Below are positions 26,927 through 41,660 of a stretch of 64,000 nucleotides of DNA, one piece after another. The notes under the pieces were generated by a model, which ran no database searches, was not told the origin of the DNA, and saw nothing but the letters and a program-made list of their open reading frames with translations. Position numbers and translations under genes: made by a program. Each line of letters begins with the position of its first letter. The stretch's first letter is position 1. Origin of the DNA: Thalia democratica (Eukaryota); assembly GCA_965202585.1 (NCBI GenBank), contig OZ241826.1, forward strand, positions 75,764,001-75,828,000. Reading direction: 5' to 3'.

Positions 26927-29900
26927 TTATGAAGTTCTTTTCTTTTTCTTAAGTTCTACACTATTCTTTTTTCTGATCAGTTTCTCTAAAGTTTTTTTTT
27001 CTTATAGTTTTTTTTTTTATATAAGTTTGAAGAATAGTAAAACACCTTCTTTTAAAGTAAGTATAAAATTAAATGCTCACTTGTTGTTGTTTTGTCATTT
27101 TTTCTCATAGCTGCTTTGCATATAACTTCTTGCAATGTTTTTACAAATTTTGAACTGTCAACCTGATCATTGCTTTTCAAATTGTACTTACTTCTGGGTT
27201 TAGACGCTAGTGCTTCTAATGTTTTACTTTTACCTATTCCAATATCTACGGTAATTATGCGTACTTCTGAAAAATTAAAATACTTTTAATGTAACATTTA
27301 TTATAGCCATATTTTTATGATGAGGATTAAATAACCTTCGTTTTGTTGTTTAATTATTTTAGATCTTTCTACTGCTTTTGTTCGTTATTATCTCCTGATA
27401 GTATTATGATTATATCTCTAATTGATGTTGTGTATTTAGATATCGAATTTTCTTGCGATAACCTTAAAGCTTCATTCAATTTTTATTTCCATCTGAAAAT
27501 TACAAACAAATATAATGCACAATATGTTTTCTGTTGAGATAATCTTTAATAAATATAACTTTAAACTAAAATAAGAATTACTAAAAAAATCAAATTTTTA
27601 AGCGTATTTGCTTTTAAGATGCTTAATATCAATAGTACATTTGTGTTTATGAACTTTTAAAGAACCATATAAACCTAATACTTAAGACAGACTTAGTATA
27701 CTTTAATAGCTAATCAAATACAAACACTTCAAGTAAACGGAGAAAAATAATCATCAGTTTTAAATACAAGCTTACTTATTTGTTGTATGTCTTGAATAGT
27801 TCTAGATAGCTGTTGTTAGTTGTCTTGGTAACCAAGGGTAAATGGGTCACGTTTGTATGGGCAAACTGAACTATTGACAACCAAATTCCATGCGTCATAA
27901 CTTTGGGTATCTTGTGCAAAATTCCTCTTCTTTCGAATTGACCCTTTTTAGACTAAGCTAGTCTGTTTTTTGTTCACAGTTATCAATATATTGTTTATTG
28001 AACCATAAAAAAAGCGCTAAAAAATTTAAGTCTTAGGACCTGGTGTAAAAAATACCTTTCGGTTATCGAGTCATACACCATATGCTTTCAAGTAGTTTCA
28101 CTAATAGTTTCAAGTTAAAAAAAAAATATTTGTTATAGGGTGGATTTTTTTTTTCGTTTAAAAAAATTGGTTTCAAATTGACAAACTAGTTTTTAACTTA
28201 ACATAATGTGCCAATTTTTAGCTCTATAATTTGAAACAGGTTAGAAAAGAAATATATATTTATAGATTATAATAGCCACCATGAAAGAATTTTACACTTG
28301 TGATTAAGATACTAACACGGGTAGTTTTAGGCATTAAATTCTCATCATAATAAGCTGTTAGATACATAAAACTAAGCTCGACTTAGAGAATAAATAGTTG
28401 ATAAGCTAATAATAGAACTCAATACATTATTTTACACACAAATTGCTACTATAAAAGGTTTGTGCGGCTTATAATTCCTTTAGTCAATCTGTAACTTTTA
28501 CTTTAATATACAGCTAGAAAGAAAATCTGTTATTTATATACGGCTACATAATTACATCATGGCTTAAAGTAAAATTTTTAGAAAATTTTAAACGGTCTAC
28601 TTCAAATACACCACTAAGAAAAAATTAAACTTTCTTTATGGTTTTAGCATACTAGTATAATAAAACTATTTGAAGTATTTTTCTACATAAACTAGGATTC
28701 TTGTTAAACTTGTTCATAAAGCATTTCAAAACTTAATAATATTTTTTATTAGTAACTATTATTAAAACCTTAAATTTTAATTCATCTATAGCTAAACAAC
28801 TTAAAAACACAAATCACATCTGTTTATAATCTTAGAAATATTTCAGCGCTTTATCAAAACTACAAAGCGTTACGGCGCGTGAACTTGACAATGAAATTGA
28901 ATTATCTAATTGTCAGACAAAAGAAAGGCGTTAGTGTTTTCCGAGTAGCAACTTTAAAGTTTTCTTCTTAATCAAATTGACATTAACACCCAGCTGCGAA
29001 TTAAACAGAAAATAAATAAGACCGGTAGACAGTTTTAATTAACAGGATTGAAATTTATTTAGAGTTTATTCTGTTGAAGATATCTCTACAATCTGTGTTT
29101 TTTACTCCTTGAAATTTCTGTAATGACTTATTTATTGCACGTTAGAAATACTTATTATACAGTCATAAATTGATAAAACTGCTAACAATTTTGTAAGTTC
29201 TATCAAAAACAGATCGTTAATATCAATAGGCTGTTTGATACTGTTTTAATCAGGGGTAATTTCGAAATATGCGTGTTAAATAGCCTTGTACTTTGTACCT
29301 ACATCCTTTAATATTATGATAACTATCAAAGTGGTACATATTTTTCGACAAAATATTTGCATTACATCGTAAATACTTTATAATACTAAGCTTTGTAAAA
29401 TCTATAAATTAATTTTTCTTTAATTTGAATGTTTTTAGCTTATATTACAAATTTAACAGACTGAGGTTAAATATAATTGAAATGAACTTGTTTGGATACT
29501 AAATTAGTACTTCGTTCACTGATAAAAGTATTTTGCAAAGTATAACTTGAAAGCTACTTTTTCTAATGTTTTATCGTAAATACTTTCGTAAAACATAATT
29601 ATTTGCCGTTGCCAACAAAAACTTCAATACTTTTTGTAACGCCTAAACTTGTTTTCTAAAAAAATAGTGAAAAGATGTTTTAATAATTGAAATTTACAAT
29701 TATTATAAAAAAAGTTTTTTATACAAGAAAAATGAATTTAAGCAATAAAAAAAAAATACTATAATATTTTCCAGTACTAAGTTTGATATGCCATAGTTAA
29801 AATGAAAAAGTTTAAGTATTTTGCGTTAAAGAAATAGTCTAGCAATAAAATTCAAACTAACTGCCAAAACTTTGTAAAATAGCTAAGAATATCTAATTAC

Positions 29901-32900
29901 AAATAGGTGTTAAAATTGAGGCTTTACTGAATTTTTACTGTCTAAACGAGCAAAATTTTACAATTTAATGCGGTTGTAAGCATAAATAAAGCACTTTCCA
30001 AGTGTTGGGTGCCTAGTAATCAGATTATCACAGGTAGAAACTGATAATTACGTCTCTATTTTAATTTGGAATTATACGTAATTACACACAGAATGTATCA
30101 GAATTAAATTTGAGGTATGCATTTATGGTAAAAATAAAGTTTGGATTATTTGGTAAAAAATACATTATTTTAAGATAACGAATTATTATAACTCAGATTA
30201 AAAACTGCCAATTAAAGTGTTATAAGTGTGACCAAAAAAAAAAACTTGAAAACAAAATTCCTATACAATTTGTATGTGGCTAAACTCGTGCTTCTTTATT
30301 TACACTTGCTTGTAATTGATTATAAAAGGATGATCTACGCTTTATCTACAATTAAAATACTTAAAAAAATCTAGGAATTGAGTTTTCCAGAAAAGTATTC
30401 AAATTGTAAAAAATATTTTAATTGTTATAATTACTATGAGACAAAATTAAAACGTGCTTCAACATTTAAGTTAGTTTCACTAACTCACAAAAGATAAAAA
30501 TGTTTTTTTATTAAACTATTCTATTTTTGTATTCAAGTTAAGTTGACAATAAAATTTTGAATACTTTTATAAACTAAGAGTAGTTTCAGAAGTGTTTGTA
30601 ACAAGTTTTTGCTTATTAAAGAATTTAAGTCTAAAACTAAAACTCAACCTGATAAATACAGAAGCTTCAAAACCAAATAACCAAAACAAACAAAAACACA
30701 ACAAAATCGTCAAACAATTCAACCACTAAGCTGCACAAAATACAAAGACGCAATCTGTCTTTTTATTATGTCATGAAGCTTAAATAAAAGACGAGATGTC
30801 TTGATTACACTATAGATAATATTGAATGTTTTCGGTGTTTGATAAAAAGATGTGTTTACTAAAAGATTGAGATTGTTAAACTAAAATGTTTACTTTGAGA
30901 AGACCTTAGTACACAACGACTCTTTTGATCTTTTTAGATTAGTAAAATCTAAGCTTAGATGTTAAAAATTGTTTAAATAAAAGTTTGCTTAAGGATTGAC
31001 AAGACAAGGATTTAATAAATACATTGAGCTTTTAAGAATCTAACTATTTGTAAATTCAAACTTCTAAAAACGCAACTACTTACTAATAATTTCCTCATAA
31101 AAAAAGTAAAACACACTTTTAATTTCAATCTTCAAAGTAAGTGCAGTGTCATCTTTGGATTTGCCGCCTGTAATAAATACAACGATTTTGAACGCCTCCC
31201 TTCTCGAATATTCGAAACCCATGAGATAAGCGTAGTTGAGCGCCAGTCCCGTCGTTCGATTATCGTTATCGTAGCTGTACAACACTCTTTTTGTGCAGCT
31301 TAGTGGTTGAATTGTTTGACGATTTTGTTGTGTTTATGTTTGGTTCTAGTTATTTGGTATTTTTAAATTTGATTATAATAATAATGTTAAAACTAAATCT
31401 GTTACTTATAAATACTATCAATTTCTAGTTTGACTTATTAATATTTTGAAGGTAAATTTTTATCTTTGAAATCATATAAATAAGAGTAGATTTAGAATAT
31501 ACCAAAAAGTCAACATTATTCTCAAAATAAAATTTTTACTATCTAAAACTAACTTCAAATGTCGCAATCGGAGCAACAGGTCCTTTTTTGTGGTGTAAGT
31601 GGACAATGGAGCCACGTATCTCGCCTCGTTCGAGTATAAAATGATGCCAATTCTGGTCGCATGCCACAACATAACACTTCATAAACGATAGCAAAAGATA
31701 TTGACTCAATTCTTCTAATTTATTTATTCGTTTTATTTTTTTTACAGAATAGCAAAAAAAACACTTTATTTATTTAAACGTTAAATTTACTTTTTATAAT
31801 AAAACTACCTTATCATATTGACTAATTTAATGTATTTTACTCTAAAATATTTACATCAAATATATTAACATATAAATTTAATATTTTGTATCAACAGCTA
31901 CTTTCTAAATTTTAAAATAATTCTCCTAATGTTTTCAATTAATTCTTCTTTTAAATATCTTAATTTTGTTCGTAAAATCTAATAAATACAATAAAAAGTT
32001 CGAACGGGAACACTATTGAAAAATTAATTGAAAAAAAGCGTGCAAAACATCAAAGAGCCGATAACATCTAGTTCGATTCGTTCTGAAAGCTTTATTTTCC
32101 AAAATACTTATCATTCTAAAACCATAATGTATTTCATAAGCGTTATCAGTAGTTTTTTAATACATATGTGTTTTGGAATGTTGGTCCATTAGTTTTAGTC
32201 ATTAAATAAATACTGTATAAATGCTAGAAAATTAATCATGAAGTTATATTTTTTTTTACACAATTAACTTTATTTTATGACTGAACATTAACTTTAAAGT
32301 TTTTATGAAAACGGAAGCAAAATAATAACTAAAACCTTTTATAGTTGTGTTTTAAATCTTGACATAAATCATTATTTAAGAAATGTACCAGAAAAATATA
32401 AGTACTAAACTGAACTTTCTAAAACAACTTATGTGACCTTGTTTTATACTCATTAGGACTCATCAGGTAGACAAAGTCACAATCGTTTCAGTTCAAAAAA
32501 AAATCAGAACCAAGCTTGCCTATATTTTAAGTAAAAACTTTAATCATTTTTTATTATGTTTTGCATGAAAAAAAACTCTAAGAAAAACTAATTTAAAAGT
32601 ATTTCATATAATGACGTCGTACTTGGAAGTGTCGATAAGGACGAGAATGTCGGCGGTGATGCTCGCGCACGACATGTCAAACTCAAACTTGTACTCAGTT
32701 GATGACGTATTCATACCGTATGACGTCATATTCATCTCGTACTCGGTACTCTCCAGATTTTTAAGTCGCACTCTTTCTGGAAAACTATTACTTCACTAAG
32801 CAAAGAAATATTGTAAGTTAAAACTTTACTTTAAAATTAACACACCTGTTTTAACATTTTGAATGCTGTAATGCTGCTGATCACCGTTTAGAGTTTTGTA

Positions 32901-35900
32901 CTTTATTGAGCAGAAATCAATGAGACCTTTGGGGCGATTCTACCTTATCTTGGCAGAGAAGTGATGATTTATACCAAATCTTATGTATTTTGATGCATCA
33001 ATGGGCGACAAAAACATATCTGTATACATCTATTTTAAATCAATTTAGTTTGAAGTCAGACTAAACAATACGTTTAAAACGGTTACATGAAAAATAGTAC
33101 AAAATTCAGATTCTGTACTTATTTTAAGAAGTTTAAAAAGAAAGCTGTTAATAATAAATTCTTTTTCAGTACAATTTTGGTATTTGAAACGTGTTTTTAA
33201 GATAAAAATTCACCAAAATACGTGTTTGTTAAAAATAAAAAATAAATGTTTTGTGATTATTTTTCTGCTGTTTTCCAAAAAAATATCTCTACTGACGGCA
33301 GGAGTGAGCTTGAATATTAATTACGACGTCATTTTGATATAAGCTGGAACAACAAAGCTTGTAATTTTTGTTGGAAGATTAAAAATAATATAAACTACAA
33401 AATATAGAGGCTTTACTGACGGTCTGAGCTCATATTCAGAAGCCTTTCAAAGGCCATTACTGCATTCACGTTAGTATTTATTGTTTTAAACTGAACTGGT
33501 TTTTAATAAAAAAACAACGTTGCTTGAATAAATAAATAGAAACTTATTTTAGCACAGATAAAATACGAACATGTAGCTTTTTAAGTTAAAATTTGCTTAA
33601 TATAGGTATGATAAAAAAAAAGAAGTTTAATAACTATTTTTAACTATATATGAGAATAATAAATGTAAAACTAACAGCAACCTAAAGTTAACCCGAGTAA
33701 AAGCTTTAAAATTGATTCGATACTTAGTTTTGATTTTTGTTAGTACGAGAGCAATAACCAGCAATAAAAATGTTATTATATGCTTATTCATTTTATAATA
33801 AAAATATCTCATTTTATTACAAAAGTTCTGGCAATTCTTAGAAAGAAAGACAAACGGCAGTGGGGAGGTTTAATTGTTAACGAACTAACATAAACGCTCT
33901 TGATAATGAATGACAAATTAATGAAACCGCGCTGTAAGCACAATGCAATCTCGAATACACGTCGACTACATTTTCAGACGGCACTGACAGTTATATATAA
34001 TAGCTTTTTATGAACAGTTTGAAATAACTTCAAAGAATGAAAAAGTTGCTTGCAGTCTTCTATTGTTGCTAAAGCTGTGTGGTTTCAAATTGAAGGTAAT
34101 CATGTCCGTGACACTGCATTAACACTGTCGTGATTACCTAATGTGCTGGCTCTTTATGTTTGAATGAAGCCTGCGCTTTTTTTTATTCACCGTGGAAAAA
34201 TCAAACTGTTGATTAGAGCACATCATGTAAACAGAGTAAACTTTCTTAGTCGCCGGACGCAACTTTAAAAAGTATTAAAAATCAAAACCACCGCGGTCTA
34301 ATAGGCGATTGTAGATTTTATTTGCATTACACATACATGTTTGTTATAAATTTATTCTGCACTTTTTAATATACTTTTGGAAAAATCGCGTTATTATTCT
34401 TCGTCAGGAAATGCAATAAACTTTAATTTTTATGCTTCAATTTTAAAAGGAAAATGTTGTAAAACCTTACAGTGACAGTTTTCTACTGTTTTTGTAGCTT
34501 AAACTGAATTACTAAATCATTGATTTATAACAAATGTAATATTGTAAAGAACAAAACACTTTTAATATATATAGGCTATACTTTTATTTTGAAATTGTGT
34601 AAAGATACAAAGTGTTTCAAATGTTTTAAAATAAACATTTAGAATATAATTTTAATTTTAATATAAAATACTTTTTATCTGTCGAGTTTAAAATTTGATA
34701 GTGTAAGTATTACTTAAAGCCACTTTATAACCTCATAGATAAAATCAGTGGGTTTTGTCATCTTTAATCTAACGTAAAATTGATTAAAAGTTAATTTGTA
34801 ACTCATTAACACCAACTTTTCTGTTTAAAATACTTATTTCATTCTTTTATCAAGGTCATATCTGTTAAAATGTATATTGTTATGTATATCATCCAAAAAA
34901 CCTTTTAATTTTTTTATTTGTTGATTAATAGAAAATTTATTTATACATAAAAATTTTTTGCATCAAAATGTAAATTAATCTTTTCGGTAATTGTGATAAT
35001 CAATGTACCTCCGAAACGAAAAGTCTACGTGGGGTGGGTCTCTTGGATAAATCAGGGTTATATGGACCTAAGGTACAATAATATACTGTGAAACCAGCAT
35101 TTTAAAACTTAAAAAAGTGAACTAATTTATATTTTGAGAATTTTCATACTTTAGCTAAACTTAAGCCACTTCAGAAAGCATTGAATTCTGTATTCAAAAA
35201 ACTCGATACGTAAGGCTTACAGTATAGTGGGTTGGCATCTGAACTTTACACTATTACGGCTCGAAAAGGCTATAAAGCTTGGAAAAGATAGAAATAGGTT
35301 GGAAAATCTAAGATAAACTACCATGTCGTCTAAACTGTGAGCAATCTATGCCAATTAAGTCGGCCTATGACGGATCAACAACTAATTATTTGTCTTTTTA
35401 GCAAACCACTGCTATCTAGTATACAGTGCGTTTCATTCATGAGAGCGAGTTTTCGTATCAAGTGGCTCGAATTCGTGTTAAGATAAAGATCGTCAGCGAA
35501 GTTATGACGTCACAGTAAGATACTGAAATTAGGTAACCATCGATCATGTCACAAACAAGTCGCAAAACACCGCGCCGTCCTCTTAAGTCACCCTATCTCC
35601 AATATAAATCAGCTGTTGTTGAGCAAAAAAGCAATTAGTCTTGTTTTGTGACAGCGAAGGCTTTCATATGAGGTTATGTCTCGTTTTAAAATATTTTTTT
35701 TCAAAATTTAATAAGTAAGTAAAAAAAACAGTTTATAATTTTTTATAACCCTAATAACTACACTTCAATATAACATTTTCTATACATTTCGAATTTTGAG
35801 CAATGTGAAATTGGTATTGACCTAATTTTAGAATGTAAGTATGTAAAAGATACTATATTTCTTTTGTCGGAAATTTATAACTTTTCTAACGTACTTTGCT

Positions 35901-37530
35901 TGCAAGCTTTTTTTTAATTGAGGTTTATATTCTAAATCATTATGGTACTTAACACTACTAAAAAAGTTTGCAACTAATAAAGTTAGTAATAAACTTTTTT
36001 ATCACCGGTAAAGATATTTACTTTATATAACCTATTATTTTTAAAATAGTACAATAAAAAAAAGTTAAGTTACTTGACTAGTTGATAAAATTTTATAGTT
36101 TTCTTATTTTTAGAAGTTATGTTAGTTTTAAAAAGTTTACATACTTTATACCTTTATAAACAGCTCTATTTGATAAAATATTCAACTAATTTATAATCTC
36201 AACGGCAAGTTTTTAAATAAAGTTTTTAATGTTCAATATAAAAACATTCTTACAAAAGAATTGTTGAACTTTTTAAAGTAAATGAGATTATGGTAAATGC
36301 ACCTGCTAAAAAGTAAACAAGTGTTTTAGTTTGTTTTTATTTGACACTAATCCTAAATGCAATATTAATTTAACAGATTATATGCAAAAACTAAATGCTG
36401 ATTGATGTACAAATAATGCTTCAGAATTTAATAAATGTACAATCCTGACATCTTTCTGACAAAAATTTGTATTTATAGTTAATTTATCAGTTTAAACCCA
36501 CTTGCTATAATTTTTGCAGTTTCAATAATTACTCTAATCAACTTATCACACTAAAGGCTTATTGAGTGGAAATAAAAGTACTTTGATCAAACACTTATTT
36601 GAATTAACTAGCAATAGTTTATTTAAATTTACAAATTAAGTAAAAATGTAAAACAGACATGTGAAAAAGTATTTAGTTATTTTTTACACACTCTTTTGTT
36701 TCTGTTTTATATCTTGCAGATTAAAACTAAGCTGAATAACTATATATTCAACCTAAAAAAAAAAACTAACTTACCTTGATTACATCCAATATTTATATCT
36801 CTTCCACCAAGTAAAGACAACTCTGTTAAAATTTATAATATTATTATATAAAATTTTACCTTTTACTTTCTATTAATAATCGAGTTTTTTTTAATGAAAC
36901 TATATTTGAAAATTGTATGAAACAACCTTTTTATTGCACTAAGAAAGTTTAAGTTAGATAGTTCAATCCTATGAGTAGCTGGTTGCAGTTGTAATTATAC
37001 TAGAAACTGATTAATTTATTTTTCTCAGATAATATGAAGGCCATCTTAATATGACGTAGTAAAATTTGTGTGCATATGTTAAAACAGTTTTATGGTAAAA
37101 TACAAGCTTATGGTTTTTGTTTAACAGTTTAATTTATTCAAAAATTATTCTTTAATAACTTTTTTAATTACGATTGTGTTTATCTTAGTGTTCTTTGTTT
37201 TTTTTTAACTTAAATTAGACAAGTTATGTATACTACAGCATGAATTTAACAAACCAGTAAATAGTCAAATAAATTTATTTTACCTAGTTATCTAACATCT
37301 TACTAGCTAAAATCGGCAATAACGTTTTATTTTACAAGTAAGCTACAAAAAGATAGCATTTTATAACACTTATTAAAATTTTGTTTGCTTTTATGACTTG
37401 TAATGTATTAGTTTCTTTCGAAACTTATCTATAAGTTGTCTACTTAAATCGGCACTGCACACCCTAAAACTCGTAAACGTTTGTCCATCACAAAAATATC
37501 TAGACTGTACAATAATCGTATAACTGCTCA
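26927..37530 (-). pseudogene. Copy B: decayed duplicate of the vWA/FN3 gene
   Basis: Homologous exons at ~26927-26985, ~27077-27270, 27336-27492 (157 vs 159 nt, two -1 deletions), 27776-27962 (early TAG, -1), 31130-31274 (donor gt->at), ~31550-31735 (5-nt deletion GTGG[CCCCG]CATG), 32623-32776, ~32845-33018, ~34980-35068 (donor lost) and ~36775-36822. Copy-A segments ~44.9-51.0, ~52.2-54.6 and ~57.8-59.1 kb are absent. Confidence 0.88.
37445..37530 (-). pseudogene. Candidate first coding (signal-peptide start) exon remnant; homologs at ~4225-4320 and ~21432-21530
   Basis: tttgtgATGga is conserved in three copies. The ATG frame reads MDKRLRVLGCAV / MEKRLRVLG / MDTRLRILGCA with conservative changes, is followed by a gt donor, and lies upstream of the 48-nt exon homolog. 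The copy-A homolog should lie just beyond position 64000. Confidence 0.35.
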
Positions 37531-39154
37531 AAAATATTTTAGCTAAATTATGTTCAATAAAAAAGTATCAAAGTATAGTCGATACAAAACTGTCTTTAAA
37601 AGTTTAAATACGGATTGTTGTTAAAACATTTCAACATTCCAATTCAAAATCATAGTTATCTTTGCACCTTTAAACTTTCAAAAATTTATGTTTCAATTTT
37701 ACTTAAGCTTGTACTGCTAAGTGTTAGAATACCATGAATGTAGCTGCATTTTCAAAATCTACTTTTGAAATACATTTAGGTTAAATTAAGTTAAACATTC
37801 AATATTTCAAAATCTAGATAGATTACTTTAAAAAAAGATGATTAAACTGTTTGACGGTGCCAATAGTTAACGAAAATTAACTTAAAGATAATATACGTTG
37901 GTTGATTTAAAATCAAAGGTTGTTTACTTGGCTAATTAAATTTTATTGAATTATTAAATTAACCCGGTAACAGTTTAACACTTAGATTTCAACTTCAAGT
38001 AGTTCTATAGTATTTCAATTGGCAGCATAAATTGTACACTAAACTTGTAAAAACATTTTGCTGTTTTTATTAAAACTTAGATATTATTTTATAAATATTA
38101 GTTGTACTGTTAACTAGTTTTCTAACTTCCGTGCTTGTGATAGTTCTCATACCCTATTTTGGATGGTTTTCAGAATATATATTTTATTTGAAGTTGTAGT
38201 TTCGACTAGGAAAATTTTTAGCTTTGATTTTATAAAATTCTGACCTAAAAGTCATCGAAGATTTTAATATTGTAAAAAAATAAGTGATAATTTCAGTTTT
38301 ATACTAGTTTTTATTTCAATATAATCAGTTTCAGATATAAAAACAATGACCAAAAAACTTACAGTTGTTATAAAATAATTAAATGTTACATTTAAAAAAA
38401 AAACACTTTAAAGTGTTTATATACTAAACACAATTTTGAAGGTATTTTAAAATCAAGTTAAGCAAAACTCACTATAAAACTTTGAAGTTTGATAAATTTT
38501 TAGAAGTAATAACCCTAACCGGTCGCAGTATACCGAAGGCTTGTGGTCTGATGAACAAATTAATATGATCAACCCTTTTGTTAAATTTGAGCTTGTCTCA
38601 CAGTATACGAAATTCTAAGATTCTGCTCTGCAGACTTTCACCAATGTTTTTGTTGGTAACAAACCTAATTTTTTAAATATTTATCAAATAACAAGGTTTT
38701 ACAAAAAATTATAATCTTTAACCACTTTTACCTAAAATAAAATAAACTACAATCATCCATAATTACTAGATCCTAATGAAATTAGTATATTAATGAGTTA
38801 ATTTTCTAGATACATCTTACTCTAATTACCATTAAAAACTTGCTTAAAAAGTCAAGAAATTTGTTCTTTAAACTTTCACTATAATTAAGATTTTGATGTA
38901 AAGTATACACAGATTAAATATGAATGCCAAGAACTAAAATGAGCAATCCAAACTAATGGTTTAATTCCACCAAAGTTCCAAAAAGTGATTATATACGTAC
39001 CAATAATGCAGCTATGCAAACACGTTATTATTAAGTTTAATTTAAGAAGCATATGTGTACGCTCAAACTATCTTGAATAATGGGTATTATAATAAAAACC
39101 GTTTCGTTTTTCGATCAGAAGAAACTATGCAGCTTAACATTGCCTAAATTAAAA

Positions 39155-39425
39155 CAGAATTTAATGCTAAAAAGTCCACTGAGTTTAAACTGGTTCAAAC
39201 CTCTTAGTTTTCAATAATTTTTAAGATAACAATGTGGTAAGATCAAAGTAAAAAATTTGTAACAGATGGGAAAAATAACCCAGTTCAATAGAAATTTAAC
39301 TGGTTAATCTCGCAAAAGTCTGACTATTGCGGCTCTTTTCATTAATAAACAGCTTGTCTAGTGGTAAGTATTTAGTAATCAGATTATTACGGGTGGATTG
39401 CACACTAAATTATTCTGCGAACTTC
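39155..39425. promoter_or_regulatory. Conserved intergenic block; copies at 6355-6625 and 23115-23410
   Basis: tttaactggttaatctcgcaaaa...ttgcggctcttttc...ggtaagtatttagtaatca(g/a)att is conserved in three units and contains a P3-like TAATCA(G/A)ATT motif. Confidence 0.5.
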
Positions 39426-40449
39426 GGTAATATATGATAACCACAAACTGCTTCCTAAAAAAATATATTTGTTACCTTCATTCCTTTTTACTGAAAAACA
39501 AACAGTTTTGCTATTAAAAAACCTTTTACGAATGTTTTAAGTAGTTTAAAAATTAACTAAAAAGCTGTCAAAATTATATTTATGGTTTTCAAACTTGGGT
39601 GACTTATTAAGTGCTTGTTTCATATCCGTTTGTAAAAGCTTAACAAATATTTTTCTAATTTTCTAATGTTTTAACAGTAAGTTTTGAATCAAGCTAAAAA
39701 GATAGTCATCATATAATTTAACACATCACTTGTTCTGAGCAGAATAATCTGCCACTTGTTAGGCATTTCTTAAGTACGGAACTGCCAGTATGGTACACAC
39801 TTTTTAACCTAAAAGCGTGGTGTTCATTATTTTTTTTACTTTTAATTTAAGAAAACAACCTAAAGTTAAGAGTACAAAAGTAATATTCGTTTAAGATAAA
39901 TTGTACTGTAGTAATTTTAAATAAATTAAATTTAAATAAATCAAGAATTTACAAATTGTACACCAAATCCAATATTTAAAACAAAAAGATTAAAGCTTAT
40001 ACTTTTGACGATAATAACGAACGGTGTAACTTAAATTTTCATACCCCATGATTAAAACATAGAAATAATGAATACTAAAAAGGTCACACAAAATTTAGAT
40101 AAACGAAAATAATGAACAGCGCAATTATCATTTACATACCCAACGATTGAAACATAAATGTAAAGTTTGTAATAAACTACCAAATTTCTTAGGTACACTC
40201 TGGTATGGTACGCACATTTGAGTACCAAGGTGATAGGTTAGTGGTAGTGTATATAAAAAACGTCGAGTTCAAATTTAGAATATAATATATTTAATCTAGA
40301 ATGACGATGTAAACTAAAAACTTAGTAACTGTCTAAATTTGTGGTAACTTTTTTTCAACATAAAAATCTTTTGCTTGAATTGAGTTTTCTGTTAAGTCTG
40401 TTTGAAGCCCATATTTAAATTTTAATCTAGTAACTTCATATAAAAAGTT

Positions 40450-40670
40450 TGCGTGTTAAATTAAAAAAAAACTCTCGTTTGGATGGAAAACTAAATTATT
40501 ATGATTAAATTGAGCCAAAGGGTCGCTTCTATCAAAAGAAACTTGTGGCATTAATTTGTAATAAATTGACAGTTAATGAGTATTTTTTTCATTATACTGT
40601 TATTATTTAATAAAAAGTACTATCAAAGCCAAATCGATGTGTTATATGTTTTAAATTAATGATAATAATT
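40450..40670. promoter_or_regulatory. Conserved intergenic block; copies at 7160-7385 and 24410-24635
   Basis: ccaaagggtcgct...tatcaaaagaaactt...tgacagttaatga...aaatcgatgtgtt is conserved in three units. Confidence 0.45.
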
Positions 40671-41544
40671 CAATGTTCAATATTAGGCGCGAAATCTGAG
40701 TCTATACAAATTTTTAAACATATAAGTATATGTCTTATAAAAATTATTTGTATAGTTTGAACTACACTGAAAAAGTTTTACTCTTAAAACTAAAAACTAA
40801 TACAAATATTAAAGTGGTCATGAAAAAATCTATAATTGCTAATGTAGTCTTATTAATTATTTTTAGCCAGTTTAAACTAAAAAATTATTTACCTTAACAT
40901 ATTTTTTATTTTACAAACCATTTGTTTTAAAGCTAAAGAACTTTGTCAAATTTTAAGTACTGTAAAAAATTATTATGGTCGTTAAAAGTTTTACTTTTCA
41001 TTTGTTATGAAACAATTTTTCGATGCTTCACTTTGTTCAAGCCACTAATTCTGATTATATAACTCTTATATAAATATTAAAAAAACTGTAAAATCAAGTC
41101 ACGTGTGAATTGTAAAACATTATATAAAAAACTAAAGAAGTATAACAGTTCAATAAATATTACAAAATGTGAAAAAAAACGTTGTCATAATGTTTTTTGA
41201 ATACCATTGACAGTGAAAACTTCGATTTTGAAAGAAAAATGTATACTTGAAAATCAATACATTTTGCAGTTTAACATAAAAGGACTTTAATTTTTGCATC
41301 TATAGTGTGAAAAAAACGAGCTATAAAATTTAAATAGTTGATTAACTGTTAAAATTTGTTTATTTAAAACTTTTTACAAGGTTAATGAAAAACAAGCTAT
41401 GTTCTTTAAATTAAATATCATGAAATTAAATATCATAATATACTTCAATATTAAGTTACTTAAAAGATACTTTTGTTACATTTTGTACGTGAAAAATTTA
41501 GATTATCCCATAACAAAATTATAAACCACAAGTAGACTATAATA

Positions 41545-41660
41545 TGACGTAACAATAAGAAGCTCAGTTAGAATGAATTTCCGTCTAGAATGATTTAATC
41601 CTAGTTTTTATTAATTACTACTCATTCCACAGGAGCTAAGCAACAGTTTTGAAATATATT
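41545..41660. promoter_or_regulatory. Conserved intergenic block; copies at 9675-9790 and 25495-25610
   Basis: atgacgtaac...agaatgaatttccgtctaga...tactcatt(c/a)cacaggagctaa is conserved. Confidence 0.4.
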
